From: Felis catus
Lineage: Eukaryota
NCBI RefSeq assembly: GCF_018350175.1
Contig: NC_058368.1
Span: 188,420,001-188,484,000, forward strand
Reading direction: 5' to 3'
DNA: 64,000 bases
Of this stretch, positions 1 to 14,622 are shown one piece after another; the stretch's first letter is position 1, and every line of letters begins with the position of its first letter. Made by a program: the position numbers and the translations under genes. The notes under the pieces were generated by a model. It was not told where the DNA came from. It ran no database searches and saw only the letters and a list, made by a program, of their open reading frames with translations.

Positions 1-226
1 ATCTACAGACGCAAGGAACTGGATTTTGCAAACTCAAATGTCCAAGGAAGCCAATCCATTCCTAGAACCTCCAGTAATGAATGCAGCCCCATTGACACCT
101 TGACTTTAGCCCAACGAGACCCATGTTGGGAATCTGACCCATAGAACTGTAAGGTAATAGATGTGTGTTGTTTAAACCACTCGTACTGGTGGAAATGTGT
201 TATTTTCTAGCAATAAGAAACTAATA
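1..226 (+). mobile_element. MaLR (MLT1-type) LTR, 3' part
   Basis: Typical MLT1 end: GACACCTTGACTTTAGCC...AGAACTGTAAGGTAATAGATGTGTGTTGTTTAAACCAC...GAAACTAATA. Confidence 0.7.
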
Positions 227-270
227 AGATGCTAAGATGAGACTCAGTCAACAGGGCTTTCAGTCAGTTT

Positions 271-495
271 ATTTTCTTAAAAATTTCTTAACGTTTTTAT
301 TCATTTTCAAGAGACAGAGAGAGACAGAGCATGAGCAGGGAAGGAGCAGAGACAGAGGAGACACAGAATCCAAAGCAGGCTCCAGGCCCTGAGCTGTCAG
401 CACAGAGCCCAACACGAGGCTCGAACTCACGAACTATGAGATCATGACCTGAGCCAAAGACAGACGCCTAACCGACTGAGTCACCCAGGCGCCCC
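271..495 (-). mobile_element. CanSINE (tRNA-derived carnivore SINE)
   Basis: Reverse of GGGGCGCCTGGGTG head, (CT)n and A tail; imperfect TSD TCAGTCA(G/C)TTT. Confidence 0.92.
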
Positions 496-986
496 TCAGT
501 CACTTTGTTTTCTGAAGCAATGATGATGTTACAGATGAGAAACAAAAAATCTTGTTTATGTTTTGGAACAGGCAGATTGTTTTACAGTCACGGCCAAGCA
601 TATCATCCACTTTGTTCATTCACCTGTTCCATAAATATTTATGGGATGCCAACTATGGACCAGACACAGCTTCTGACACATATGTCTCCTTCCGGATCAT
701 GTCTACACAAGTGGATTCAGTCTGTCAACAAGTATTCACTGAGCATCCACAAGTATTAGTACAAGGGCAACTCAGTTGAAATTCACTGAAGGGGTCTTTC
801 AGCTGCCTGGGGAGGGGCTGGGAAGCCTTCTAAATTCTGCAAAGGGAGACTGGAATGAGACAGCATTTGAGCCTGTCTCCACAAGAGCTAGGAGGTATTA
901 CTGCCTCCCTTTTACCGATGCAAAAACTGAGGCTCAGAGGGACTAATTGGCCAAGTCACAATGCTCCTAAGTGATGGAGCTGGAAT

Positions 987-1510
987 TTTTGTTAAAGTTT
1001 TAATCGTAAAATACACATTACATAAAAGTTACCATTTTAAAGCATACACACTGTTCAGTAGTATTAAGTACATTCACATTATTGTGCAACTCATCTCCAG
1101 AATTCTTTTCATCTTGCAAAAGTGAAACTCCATACCCATTAAACAATTCCCCATGCCTCCCTCTCCCCAGCCCTTGCAACCGCCACTCTACTTTCTGTTT
1201 CTATGAATTTCACTATTCTAGATACTCCATGTAAGGTGGAACCGTACAGTATTTTTTTGTGCCTGGCTTACTGCACTTACCAGATTATCCTCAAGGCTCA
1301 CCCATAGTGTAGCATGTGTCCGAGTCTCCTTTATTTTTAAGGCTGGATAATACTCCATCGTGTGCATATACCACATTTTGCCCACCCACTCTTCTTGATA
1401 AACACTTGGTTTGCTTCCTTTTTTTTGACTATTGTGAATAATAGTGCTATAAACATGGGTGTACACATATCTTTGGGACCCTACTTTCACCTTCGGATAT
1501 GTACCAGTGG
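987..1510 (-). mobile_element. Old L1 (L1M-type) 3' end inserted in a MIR
   Basis: L1 3' motifs (minus-strand ORF ...MWYMHTMEYY...); MIR core ACTGAGGCTCAGAG at about 926-940 resumes after 1510. Confidence 0.75.
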
Positions 1511-1960
1511 ATCCGGAGTTTGAACACACATCTGTAGGACCCTGACATTCATTCTATTTCCAGGATGCTTCACACACAGCCTGGGCGAAACTCTGGCTTT
1601 CGATGCTGCAGCTAACCGAATACATGAAACGTGTTTGATCACATTCCATTCTACCCAGGTCAGACGAAGCTAGTTTTATTTTATGACTTCCCAGTGACTA
1701 AAATGTAATCGGATGTACTGCACTAAGGATTAAACTCGAACTTCTTGACCCTAGAAGATCTGGCCCCTACCTACCGTACTAACTGCATTTCCAACAATTT
1801 GCTATACTTCAGTCATACTGGCTGTTTCTATTCTTCAAACACACCAAGCTGGAAGCTTGTTCCCACCTCAGGGGCTTTGCATTTGCTGTGCCTTTACCCT
1901 GGGACTTGCATAACGGGCACCTCCTCATCACTCAGGTTTCAGCTCAGATGTGACTTTCTT

Positions 1961-2190
1961 GGAGTGCCTGGGATGCTGAGTCGGTTGAGCGTCTGACGCG
2001 GGCTCAGGTCATGATCTCGCAGTTCAAGAGTTTGAGGCCCACGTCAGGCTCTGTGCTGACAGCTCGAAGCTGGAGACTGTTTTGGATTCTGTGTCCCACT
2101 TTCTCTCTCTGCCCCTCTCCTGCTCACGCTCTGTCTCTCTCTCTCTCAAAACATAAATAAACATTAAAAAAAATTTTTTTTTTAATTTTT
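1961..2190 (+). mobile_element. CanSINE within an L2-like remnant
   Basis: SINE body and A tail; TSD ATGTGACTTTCT at 1948 and 2193. Confidence 0.9.
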
Positions 2191-3399
2191 AAATGTGACT
2201 TTCTCAAAGAAGCCTTCCCAGACCACCCTTTGTGGAGTAGTACCTGCTCTCCCCATCTACCATATTGTTCTGTTTTTCTCCATAACTAGTTAAAATTTCA
2301 TTGTTGTTTTCCAGTTTATAATCTGTCTCCCTCACGAGAATGTAATTTCCACACAGAGATCTTATCTGTCTCATTACCCCCACTATCCCCAGAGCATAGA
2401 ACGATGCCTAACACGTACTTGGTGCTTAATAAATACTATATTGAATAAAGAAATGCATAAGAATATTTCACTGCACCATTGTTAACCATATCAAAAAAGT
2501 AGAAACAGTGTGAATGTCCATCAGTATGAAATGGTTAAGTAAATAAATATGGAAAATTCTACAGCCATTGAAAAGAGTTAAGAGAAAGTGAAATTACTGA
2601 TGGGAGAGAATGACTTCAAGTTGTGATTGATTTTTTCAAGCAAGCTGCAAAACAATAAGTATGCTATAATTCTTGTTTGGTAAAATATCATATATATATA
2701 TATATGTATGTATATATATATATAGTTCCAATTATATATTTGGAATTATACTTATGAGCAGTCATGCCTGAAGAACAAGACTGGAGATAGAAGAGAGAGA
2801 GATTTTCTTCTCAGTTCATACCTCCTATATTGTCAAAAAGTTTTACAATTAGCTTCAATTGCCTTTGCAATGAAAAAAAATGACTATTTTGCTGAACTGT
2901 TTAGGAGAAAAGCATACTGTGTTTACAATTCACTTTGAAATATAAAAAAGATAGAATGGATTGATAGATGGATGGAGGATTAGATGGTTGGATGGATGTG
3001 TGATAAAGCAAATATACTAACATCTAGACGCGAGTATGTAGGTGTTCACTGTGCAAGTTGTACAATCTTCTGTGTTGTTGAAAATGTTCTTAATAAAATT
3101 GGGGGGTGGAAATCTTATTCAATGCACATTTCTCGAATGCCTGTTATGTGTCAGGCATGCATTGTAAGTTTCATTTTATTTTTATGCTGCTAAAGTGGCA
3201 CTAAATGGCATTTGGCTCAACGGTCATCATCATGTCCCCTCCCCTTCATTCATTCACCAGGTATAAGTCAGTCCACAGCTCTCCTAGCATCCTAGAAAAT
3301 AAGGTCCATCAGTGTAGCTGCCCATGTTTGGATTTAGGTTTCCCTGTGTTAAAGAGCTCCGTGCCCCAGATGGAGACTGGATCTGAGTGTTAAAGAATC

Positions 3400-3850
3400 T
3401 GTATTTGTTCAAGTGAGGCAGGAAATAGGCAGCAGACTCAAAACAGTTGGCTGGAAGGAATTCAATGAGGGACTATCTACCGAGGTGTGGGCAGAGTTAA
3501 GGAAGCAGCTGGGAAAGGCAACACACCCAGGGAAGCCCTTACCACCCCTCATCCCTAGGCCTGAAGGAGCCAGGCAAGGGTGAGGTTCACAGAGATCAGG
3601 CCCAGGATAGATGTGGGTGTAGGCAGCAGCCAATTCCAAGGTTGCAGTGAAGGGGGCAGCAGAGGATTCATGCCCCTACGTCTCTTTTCCCACACGCCCA
3701 TCTGCTGATACCTCCCATTGCCAATCCTCACTGGAAACCAGGGAGCAGAGGCATCCAAGTGACAATGTCCTTGGAGGTCAGCATTTTGGGTCACGAAGTG
3801 AGGCAGAGCATGAATCTGGGGGTGGGGCAGAGGCAGGGGCAGGCAATAAA
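3400..3850. mobile_element. Old ERVL-type LTR (LTR33-like)
   Basis: CAGGAAATAGGCAGCAGACTCAAA...GGGACTATCTACCGAGGTGTGGGCAGAGTTAAGG resembles LTR33 as recalled; boundaries approximate. Confidence 0.45.
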
Positions 3851-4596
3851 ACACATTTTTTTGAAGGCAAAATATTATAACTGGAAGAGACAAATCAAAT
3901 TGATCTTATAATTTATCAGGTGGTCTAGGTCACTTAGAGAACGAAAGAAGTTATCACTAATAATTATACCAGATCTATAGGCCAAGCCAGGACTGTATGG
4001 CCACTCTCCTTTAATCATCTATTCCAACCCCTTCCATTTGTAGATGAGGACTGAAGAGATCCAGAGAGGTAAGGTGACCTGATGGAGGTTGCACAGCAAC
4101 TCGGGGGCAGAGTTGGAAAAAGTCTCGACTGCTGACACCAAGGCCAGGGCATCTGACGCTTCATCTGTTGGTTGTTCTCGGGCACGACGAAACATACCCC
4201 CCAGTCTGTTGCAATAAACTCACGTGACTCTGGGAAAAAGACAGCTCACTCTTCTGTCCCAAGAAGCATGTGGTTTGGAGCTGCTCTTTTCCTCTTATTT
4301 TTTCTTCCCCCTTTTTGTGGTCAGATACTGGGCTAGCGGGAGGGGAAGCCCTCAGGTGTCGTGGGGTTTCACTGCTGTTTCATTACATAAGCGAAAGCCC
4401 TGCACAAGGAGAATGAAATACAGAGCAGGGCCATCTGACAAGCTCTGTGGCCGGTCCCAGGACTGTCTCAGTCACCCGCTGGGCTCAGTTCTGGGAAGTA
4501 TTCCTTCAGTACACTCCTTGTCCAACAACTATTTCTTGAGCATGTGCTAGGTGCCAGGCACCGTGCTATGCACATGGTACATAAGAATGGATGAGA

Positions 4597-4797
4597 GAGG
4601 CCCTAGGCAGCTCAGCTGGTTAAGCATCTAACTCCTGATTTTGGCCCAGGTCACGATCTCATGGTTCCTGAGTTTGAGCCCCATGTCAGGCTCTGCGCTG
4701 AAAGCAGGGAGCCTACTTGGGATTCTGTCTCTCCCTTTCTCTCTGCCTCCCTCGTGCTCTCTCTCTCTCAAAATATAAATAACCTTAAAAAAAAAAA
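4597..4797 (+). mobile_element. CanSINE
   Basis: TSD AAGAATGGATGAGA at 4583-4596 and 4798-4811. Confidence 0.92.
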
Positions 4798-4998
4798 AAG
4801 AATGGATGAGAAAGACTGGGTCGCTGCTCTTACAAAGATCCCATTACGGGTGTCAGATAATAAACATACTTACAATAAATTAATCATAGATATGGTTAGT
4901 TCTAGAAAGGAAATAGAGCTCTCTGATGAACAGTAAAATAATAGCTGACATCTATTAAAGTCATCCTTTGTCCACATCACTTGGTGAAATAGATATTA

Positions 4999-5249
4999 CA
5001 GGTTTCCCACACTATCTGAAAGTCGAACATTCCTATGAAATGGCATGAAGTCAAGGGCATCCGCCCCTTTCTGAAAGTTTGCATTACACCACTTTGCTTT
5101 CACAAAAGACCTTTGTTAGTTCGCTAATGGCTTTTTTTATAAAAGTGAAAATCCTCTTGAGATTCCTTTTAGTTGGTGAAAACAGGTACTAATATAGGTC
5201 TTTTTTAAAAGTGAAGTGAACTTCAACTTTCGAAAGTGGGGGATACCCG
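4999..5249. mobile_element. Non-autonomous Tc1/mariner (Tigger-like) element inside a MIR
   Basis: Imperfect 25-bp TIRs (left CAGGTTTCCCACACTATCTGAAAGT; right end reverse-complemented CGGGTATCCCCCACTTTCGAAAGTT), TA on both flanks. Confidence 0.75.
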
Positions 5250-8200
5250 TATTAATATTTCATCTTATAGATGTGGGAAGTGAGGCACAGACAGGTTAGG
5301 TGACTGCCCAAGGTCAAACAACTGGTATATTTCAGAGTTGAATTTGAACCCAAGAGTCCTGCTTGGAAGCCTGGGTTTAACCACTTGCTGTCTTGGACAG
5401 TAAAGGCCCAGAGCGGAGTGCAGGCTTTCAATGTTCTTGCGTTTCTGAAGAAGTGGTTTATAAGCTGAGGTGAGGCAGAACAAGCCCTAGAAAACCTGGT
5501 AGAATGTTCTAAGCAGAAAAGGAGCACATGTCAATAGACAAAGGTGGGAAAGAAACCGGTGTATTCTATAATCCATCAGAAGGCCCCGAAGATTGGGGCA
5601 GAGACTGTGGTTTATTCTAGGTGCACCTTACACAGTGTCTTCGCAGGCATACATTTTCTCATGTGATCCTCAAACAGCCTAGTAAAGCCAGTCCAGGAAG
5701 TGTTATTATCCGTGTTGTACAGAATACTATGCATTGTTTCTGGAAACCCAGGGACAGAGATGAGACCGCCCCCCATGTCTGTGGACTCCTGCCAAGGGCT
5801 CTTTCTACTCAACCTCACAGCGAAGGAGCCAGCTGCCCCTTTACTGTCCGGATGGTCCCTGAACTACAATGCGCCCCTGTATCCCCAGCAACTCCTCCTT
5901 CTCCTCCCACTTCAGAATCTACCTCTCTGGCCCACAACTTAATTTCTTGGGGAATCTGACAAACAAATCTGTTCTCATCAGCTAATGGGTAATCAAGCTC
6001 TGTTGGAACCTACAGTCAACTTGTTTTTATATGCCTGTGAGAACTTACAGCAGCCTTGCTCTCTTCCAGTCATAAGATCAGCCTCCAGCTATTAGGATTT
6101 CCTTCCCTGCCAAAGTGGAAATCATTAGGTGATTAGTGGCCCCTTCCCAGAGGAGCCTGGCCAGGGCTTGAGCCTTTGGTTAACAGGTAGCAGTTTACAG
6201 ATGCCAATAAACCACATGCAGTTCAAATCAGCTAATTCCTCATCTGTGAATATGATCTTGTCCACATTCAGAAACCACCTCCAGGAGATGGGGCAGGAGG
6301 CCAGGATCCCCCCCAGGCCTCTCAGTTCCTCATGACAGCATTCAAGCTTTCCACGTCCTAAACACAGCCTTCCTCTCCATCTCAACTCATCCCACTTCCC
6401 ACCTGACCTTGGAGCCCAGGCACACAGGACCCTTCACACCGCCTCGCTGCCCACTCTGCTTGTGCCATGCTCCCCACCTTCTTCACTGGGCTTTCTCCTT
6501 TACATCTGCTACAATACAACCCAGATACCACCCACTGCTGAAGCCCTCCCTGACTAAGTCTGTGTTACATGCCCCTTCTCTGTGCTTCCGTAATCATAAT
6601 GAATAACATTCTTTGAGCATTTCTGATACACCACACACTCTATTAAGCATTCTACGTGGATCCTTTCAATCTGATAGCAAGTCAAAGAAAGAGATTCTAT
6701 CATCCTATTTTACCAGTGAAATACACAGGCCCATGACTGAGCAGAAAGTGCTGGAGGCAGGATACAAACCCAGGCAGTCTGACTTCAGGATCTGGATCCT
6801 CACTATCTGTTGTGCTCACCATCTCGACTAACATGTACAGGTGCCAACAGTGTGCCTCCTACAGCTGAGCCTTCACATACATTTTCTCATTGAATATTCA
6901 TAACAGTCCTATAAAATTGAGTCACTGCAAGGGAGGTGTTATTATTAAGTCCATTTGCAAGGTGAGAAAAATCAAGGCACAGAGTGGTTTAATTATTTAG
7001 CTAATCCACACATTCAGTAGAATGCATGACCATGTGCTAAAATTGCCCAGCTTAGCTGAGGCTGTTAGTAATCTACCCAATACCCCTTCTCTCCCTCTTT
7101 TATAATAACTAAGACTATATCGGTGGAGGTAGCACTGGGCCCTTTTAAGAAAAGAAACAACTAAACAAACAACACCTCCCAGCCACCTTTGCAGATAGGA
7201 TGGGTGATGAAGCATAAGTCAATACCTTAGTGACAAGCTTCCAGGAAAGTGATTCAAAGAGTATATACTCAGTCAACATGCACTCACTTGTATTTTCCCC
7301 TCTCTCCATCTTCCTGCCTGAGATATGAAGTCTGGCTCTCCAATAGCCACTTTCTGACCAAGCAATCCTAAGAAAAAAAGGTGGAGCAGAAAAAAAGAAA
7401 GACCCTGCGGTCCTGGTGACAGCACAGAGCTGGCCCCAGCATGTGAGGCACAGGCACTGGTAGGGATCAGCCCAGCATCCAACCTGCCCGCGTCTGGGAG
7501 GGCAATGCTGGCTGAGTGCCAGGAGCTCCGCTGCTCCTCTGCTTTGCACAGTGGTGTTGCCATATCCACGCCTGGGAAACCCAGGGCCAGGAGCCAAATT
7601 AAACATGGAAAGTGAAGTCAGCAGAGCACCCGAGCCAGAGCTGGCTGTCGACTTATGCAAGACAGCCAGACTCCCAAGTATTACAAGTTGAAGAATTACA
7701 TCTCCACCCTCTCCTTACCACACGCGGAACCCTGCCACAAGGCTGGTGATGCCAGTGAGATGTATGGCTCACCACACCCATGCCCCGAGGACAGTGGCTG
7801 CACTGGCTGTTGGTACCCCAATACCAAACTCTGGAAGCCTCGATTTCTTCATTGGTACAGTGGAAAAAACACTGCCTATTTCTCTAGGGGAGCTGGTGAG
7901 ATGGTCAAATACAACAATGAATAAGAAACCCTTATAAACAGTAAAACATTATACAAACCCAAGACAGTGCATGCATTCATTTTTTTCTGGGGCCTTAGCT
8001 TCCAAAATTATGAAAAATGCTGTTTAGATCCCACATTTTATATTTGTTACAATCTTTTCTACACTTAAATGTAAGCCACTGATAAAAGGCTTTTCTGAAA
8101 TGGAAAAAGTGAAAATAAGGTAGGGGTTTTACAGGAGTGGAGAGAAAAAGTAAAGAGTATGGAAGACAAAATACATACGAACAAGACCACACTTTTGCAA

Positions 8201-8317
8201 TTTGTAGCCCAGGGGGTGGCAAAAGCCAAAGAAGATGAGGTTGGTTGCTTGATTGGCTGGTTCTCTGAGGATAGAATAGTCAAGCTTATAGGTTTAGATA
8301 TTTATAAGAAATTAACA

Positions 8318-8478
8318 GGGGTGCCTGGGTGGCTCAGTCAGTCAAGCATCTGACCCTTGATCTTGGCTCCAATCATGATCTCACGGTTCATGAGTTCAAG
8401 CCCCATATCAGGCCCTGGGCTAATGACACAGAACCTGCTTAAGATTCTGTCTTTCCTTCTCTCTGCCCCCATCTGCTT

Positions 8479-8519
<41 letters not shown>

Positions 8520-8556
8520 ATAAATAAATAAATGAAACAAATAGTTTTTTAAAAAG
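8318..8556 (+). mobile_element. CanSINE
   Basis: GGGGTGCCTGGGTGGCTCAG head, (CT)n; TSD GAAATTAACA. Confidence 0.92.
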
Positions 8557-11500
8557 GAAATTAACAGTAGTTAATTCCTTTAGGGAGAAGGACTAAGTTT
8601 GAGGGGCAGAAACTTTCACTCTTTATACCTTTCTAGGTTTTTTTTTTTTTTTACCACAAATGTACTTTTTTAACTTAAAAAATATTTATATGTTTATTAG
8701 GAGTTTAAAATGTGATCAACAAAAATATTTAAACGGCTTTAAGATTGTCATGGTTCTCCTCCCTGTCCCCCATGCCTCGCGACCTCCCACCCACTGTGGG
8801 GCCACCACATAATACAAAACCCAGAGGTTTTAGTCTGGTCATTAGGCTCTGGACATCTTACTGATGCTGTGGTTGGAGCCTGGGTCATGTGCCCATTCCT
8901 GTCCAGCCTCATGCTGGTGCTGCCCCTAGGGTGTAGTTGCAGGGATACTGGGCATGGAAACGTGAATTCCCACTATTTGTCAATCCCCCAGGGCAAGATC
9001 AGAAGGGATATAATTTAACCCAACTATGGCATTAAGTCATGGGAGGAGTTGCCCATTAGCTAATGTACCCATTAGCAGAGGTTAGCTTATCTGATTAGCT
9101 CATTGCCACCACCCACTCCAACCAACAGAAAGCAGAACCTGAAGAGAATAGATGAAGGGTGTGCTAGTTTTGATGGGAGGCAAAACATTTAAATATTGGA
9201 GCTCAAAAGGACCTAAGAGATGATCTAGTCAGGAGGCTGCAAATCCAAAAGCTCTGGATTTATTTATCCTTTTTTATTGTTGTGGTGTGTTTTTCTTGTA
9301 GCTGAAGGTCTTCATATGCACTTTTCATTGAATTACCCACTTCTGCCTGTTATTCTTTTCCCACCTGCCTTCCATAACCATGTTATCTTCTTGGCCCATG
9401 AAGTGGGCCCAACCAAGGCCAGGGTCCTGCCTTTCGATACCTATCCTAGTGCCCTTTGGTTGGGGCTAAGCATCTAAAAGGATTACAACACTAGATGCCC
9501 ACAAGAGATGCAGGGCACCACAAGGAGAAAGGGATACAAAAAGGATTAGAAAAAAATTGGGCAGAAGAATCTCTCTGAATCTCAGAAACCTCTAAGTATC
9601 TCCTATACTGGAGCTAATACTGCCTATTGTACTGTTTGGGGGAAATCTGATCTGAGAAGGCAAATGAATTGCCTGGGATACAGAAGATCTTCAATGGGGA
9701 TTTCTTTCCTTTCCTAGTCAGAGATTTAAGATGCTTCTCAACACTCGTGCCTTGTGACTCCACATCCCTTACCTGAAGAAGTATGGAAGAAGTCAACTAT
9801 AATTAGGGACTTTCAGAGAGGTAAATTGAGGCACAGAATTAGGAAGTTCTCTGTCCCCAAACCTTGCACTTGGGACAGGTGCTTCCACTATAGCTGTCAC
9901 CCACTTGTCCAGTCAACATCAGCAGTGGGAGCTATGTCACCAACTCTACAAAAGAGCTGGGTACTGCATGGTGTTGATCCTGCTGGTATTGGCAACGGAT
10001 TCCACACAAGTGGGTCAAACAACGGCAGAGACCAGTCACCTCAAGCAAGCCAAGAGCTTCCTCACTGGTTTCTTTTCCCTGCTTTATTCTTTTGGAGAAC
10101 AATACATCCCACAGCCAGATTCTTGGCTTCTGGGTTGTCCCGTGGGTTAGTTCACAGTCGGCCCAAGGACTCTAACCCAGCTAACCATCTCGGCAACTGA
10201 GCTAAAACATCAGTCAATGGAGGCAAACTGATTGTTTGAAGTCATGGAAAGCCACCATCCAGGGGCTGGTCACCATACAGCCTCATGAGCTACGTGCCCA
10301 AAAAGACTGCCCAGCTCTGTTGGCTAGTCCGCCTGCAAGACTCCTGTGTCTGGGGCCAGGCTCCTGTGCTGATCTACCATGCTTAACATTAACCCAGTTT
10401 TAAATGACTAAGTAATCAAATTGCAATAGAAACCAAGGGTCTGGTCCTGACTGAAATCTTGGCATTTCTGTCACTAGTAACCAGTGACCTTACATCTGAG
10501 CCCCTCTCTTCTTTCACTCATGATATTATCTTTCTTTGGATTTTCCATGGAGTTTCCTTTCTTAGCAGCTGGTTCCTTGGGTTTTTATCATTTTACACTA
10601 ATTTCCTCTTTATCGCTAGCCTAAGTCTCAACTCTTCCCTCTGCCTCCTCCACATTACTTTCTTCCTCCTTTCCTCTTTCCAATCTCCTTTCTGTAACCA
10701 TTCCTTGAAATGCTTCTGCTCTTGATGAGAAGTGAAGAAGGGAGAAGGGAGAAACAGTAGAGTTTACTGGTTAAAAGCAGAAGCTTTGGTGTCAGCTCTG
10801 AGTTTGAAGCCAAGAATTTGCCACTTAGCAACTAAATGACTTTGGACACATGATCTAGTCACTCTGAACCTCAGTTTCCTCATCTTGACAACAGATGAAC
10901 CAATACTCATTTCATGGGATCAAGCATAATGCTGTGTGCGTAAATTATTTTGTTTGCAAAGTGTCTAGCATATGATATACCATACATAAGGTTTAACTTG
11001 GTGAGGGGGAAGGTATTAACATAATCTTTATTCTCTATCAAGTTTAAATCAACAGGCTTTAAACTGGGTTTCTTGAAGGACTGTCTCCAAGACTTGCCAG
11101 GGATGGGAAGGCACAGGGCAAGCTTACTTATCCTCCTCCTTTTCAAAACAGATTCCATTTTCTCTCTTTTGTATATTGGGTCTCTGAATAACATTCTGAA
11201 ATAAGGATCTCATGCCCATGAAAAAAATTTTCTGGAACTGGTTTTAAGTGACTTTTCACCTGTACTTTTGCCAGAATTCTCCTATTTTTGTTCACTCCAA
11301 ATGAGTAGGTCCCTGACACATAGAACCTACTAAATTGTTGTTGTATTGCCTGTTGCTTCCCTACAGCTTGAAGCCTCTTTCTCTCCACTAAAAAGCGTAC
11401 CTGATATTTTGTATTCTGCAATGAAGATTTAGAGGAGTTTGACCAGCCAGTCAGGTCTGTACTGGAAGTTTGTTCTCAGGCTTCTGACTGTTAGATAGTG

Positions 11501-13695
11501 AAGGACAGTATATTAGTTGCTTGGTTTCATTTGAAGAAAGCTGACTGCCCACATTCTGTACCATTTGAGAAATGTGGTTACACCCAGAATTGCACACAAG
11601 ACCCTGTGGTTGCAAATTGAATCTGAAAAAGTGTTGTCTATACTAAACGAGGCTGTTTCACTACCTTAAAAAATGTTTATCTTAAAAAATAAAAAGCCTG
11701 ACCTTATTGAAAACAGACCAGGAACAGAGGTCATCTTTATAACCTTTAATTCCTTCAGTGATCCCCTGGTGGGAAAGGCCTCTGGAAACCGTTGCTCACA
11801 AATATATGTACAGCTTTCAGTGAGGTTCCAGGCTAGTGGCAGGTAAAGTCAAAGGCCTCCTTCTCCCCTTGCATCCATTTTGCACCCCATGTTTGTATTC
11901 CTTGTGTTTTGCTGAGGGAGGTAAGAAGCTCCAAGGAAGGTGCCTCGGGAGGAGATATCCTACATGGTTTCTTGTCCCAGTGGTGAGCCCACACGAAAGT
12001 GCATGGGGTTCAGGTGAGCCCCTATAGGATTAATGTTCACGAAAGACAACGTGCACAGCCAGCGCTGCTTGAGGACCCAGGAAACCAAAAGGGACATTTG
12101 ACTAAAAGTTTAGCGGCAGCGCAGCTCAAGACAATATATCAGTGTAGACCCAGTGCCTAACATATTGCTGACACCCAACAGATATTCAGGTAAGAGCTAC
12201 TGAATGATTGATTGAATAGAGAGTTGGGGAGAGAGCCATTCTCCCTGCCTCCCCTACCTATTCCACAGTAGTCCACAGTGGGGCTGATGGCCTTTCTGCT
12301 TTCCCTCCTGTTTCCCTCCAGTCCATGCTCCATGCCGCAGCAAAGGTGATCCATTTGAAACATAAATCAGGTCTTGTCACTCCCCTATTCAAACCCCCAT
12401 CTAGGTAGGACTTAAACTATAACCAAAATCTTTGCCTTGGTCTTCCAAGTCTATGGGGTGTCATCTCTAACTCCAGCGACCACATTCCTTCTCTTATTCC
12501 CTTATTCTCTGTACTCCACCCACTCTGATCTTTTGCTTGATTCCCGGTTAAGCCAAACTCACACCTGCTTCAGTGCCTTTGCACTCTCTGTTCCCTTAGC
12601 TTGAAACAATCTTCCCCCAGATTTTTCAATGAGAAGATACTTTTTTTTGTCATTCAAACCTCAGGTCAAATGACACCCTCTCAGAGTGGCCTTTCTTGTA
12701 CACCCAATCTTAAGTACCCTTCTATTCATTCTCTATCACATCACCATTTTCTTTTTCTTCACCGTAGTAAGCATTTGGGAATGTTTGGCTCCTGTATTTG
12801 CATGATCACTGTCAGGCTTGTGCACTATAATGAAAGGCCCTTCTCTACTGTGTTCACAGTTGATAATTCTCCAATGCCTGGAATAGAACTTGGCAATAGA
12901 GGGCCCTCAATAAGTATTTTCTGAATTAATGAATAAATGTAGCATAGCATCCTGAGGGCTTGGGGCAACAGCAAGTGAATTCTCCCAGGGCACCAATGCA
13001 TCAGAAGCAGCACACAAATGCCCCAAATAAAAGGGCCAGGAAGCAAGAAATATGAATGACAATAGCAACAGAATGACACCAAGAAAATCCTGAAATATTT
13101 GGGTAATAAACAGCACATTTGTAAATAACCCACAGGTCAAAGAAGAAATAACAAGGGGAATTAGAAAATATTTTAAACTAAATTAAAATGATAAGAAACT
13201 TTAGAAATTTGTAGGATCCCGTTAAAGGGATCTTTAAGTACTTAAAGAGAAACTGACAGTATTAAATACTGATATTAGAAAAAAAGGTCTAAAATCGAAT
13301 ATTTAAGTTTCCACTTCATAATATTAGAAAATTAAATGCAAATGAAACCCAAAGTAAATAAAAGGAAGGAAATAATAAAGATAAGGGCAAAAAAAAATTA
13401 AAAGGGAAAACAAATATACTAAGCAAAATCAACAAGACCAAAAGCTGGTGCTTTGGAAAGACCAATGAAATTGGTTAGGCATACTAACCAAGAAAAACGA
13501 CGGAGACCCAAATTACCAACGTTATGAATGAAAGAGGGATTATCACTGCAGATCTATCAGCCATTAAAAGGAATAATGTAATATTAAGAACAACTTTCTG
13601 ACAATATATTTGACAACTTAGATGAAATAGACAAATTCCTTGCTAACACTCACTCAGGAAAGGGAAAACTTGGATGGTCTTAAATCTATTAAAAC

Positions 13696-14132
13696 GGGGA
13701 GCCTGGGTGGCTCAGTCGGTTAAGCATCTGACTTCAGCTCAGATCATGATCTCATGGCTCGTGAGTTTGAGCCCCACGTTGGGCTCTGTGCTGACAGCTC
13801 AGAGCCTGGAGCCTGCTTCCGATTCTGTGTTTCCCTTTCTCTCTGCCCGTCTTCTGCCTGTGCTGTCTCTCTCTGTCTCTCAAAAATAAATAAACGGTGC
13901 CTGGGTGGCTCAGTCTGTTGAGCGTCCAACTTTGGCTCAGGTCATGATCTCACAGCTTGTGAATTCGAGCCCCGCATCGGGCTCTGTGCTGACAGCTCCG
14001 AGCCTGCAGCCTGTTTTGGATTCTGTGTCTCCTTCTTTCTCTGCCCCTCCCCCACTTGTACTCTATCTCTCTCTGTCTCTCAAAAATAAATAAATGTAAA
14101 TTTAAAAAATAAAAATAAACATTAAAATTTTT
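13696..14132 (+). mobile_element. Head-to-tail CanSINE pair (second copy starts at 13896 in the tail of the first)
   Basis: Two complete SINE bodies; outer repeat AATCTATTA. Confidence 0.9.
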
Positions 14133-14238
14133 TAATCTATTAGAGAAATTATATTCATAGTTAAAATCCTTCCCACAAAGAAACTATAGGTCCAAATGAC
14201 TTTCCTAAGGAATTATACCAAACATTTAAAGAAGATAT

Positions 14239-14591
14239 TGAAGGGGTTCAGAACAGGACCCCCAGAATATGCTACTGCTTTGGTATGTGGATTATTTTGA
14301 GCTGAAGGCATTGAAGACCCTAAAGGCTCAAGAGAAACTTTTACCTCTCCCCCCACCCACCCCCACCTTAACTACATATAATAATCCCAATTAAGGGGTG
14401 CCTGGCTGGCTCAGTCAGTGGAGAGTGAGACTCTTGATCTCAGCATCATGAGTTCCAGCCCCACATCAGTGTAGGGATTACTTAAAAATAAAATATTGAA
14501 GAAGGAGAAGGAGAGGGAGGACGAGGAGAAGGAGAAGGAGGAGGAGGAGGAGGAGGAGGAGGAGGAGAAGAAGAAGAAGAAGAAGAAGAAG

Positions 14592-14622
<31 letters not shown>

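Noticed and set aside
14395..14475. tRNA-like sequence
   Set aside because: Head of a short tRNA-derived CanSINE followed by an A-rich tail; no intact cloverleaf
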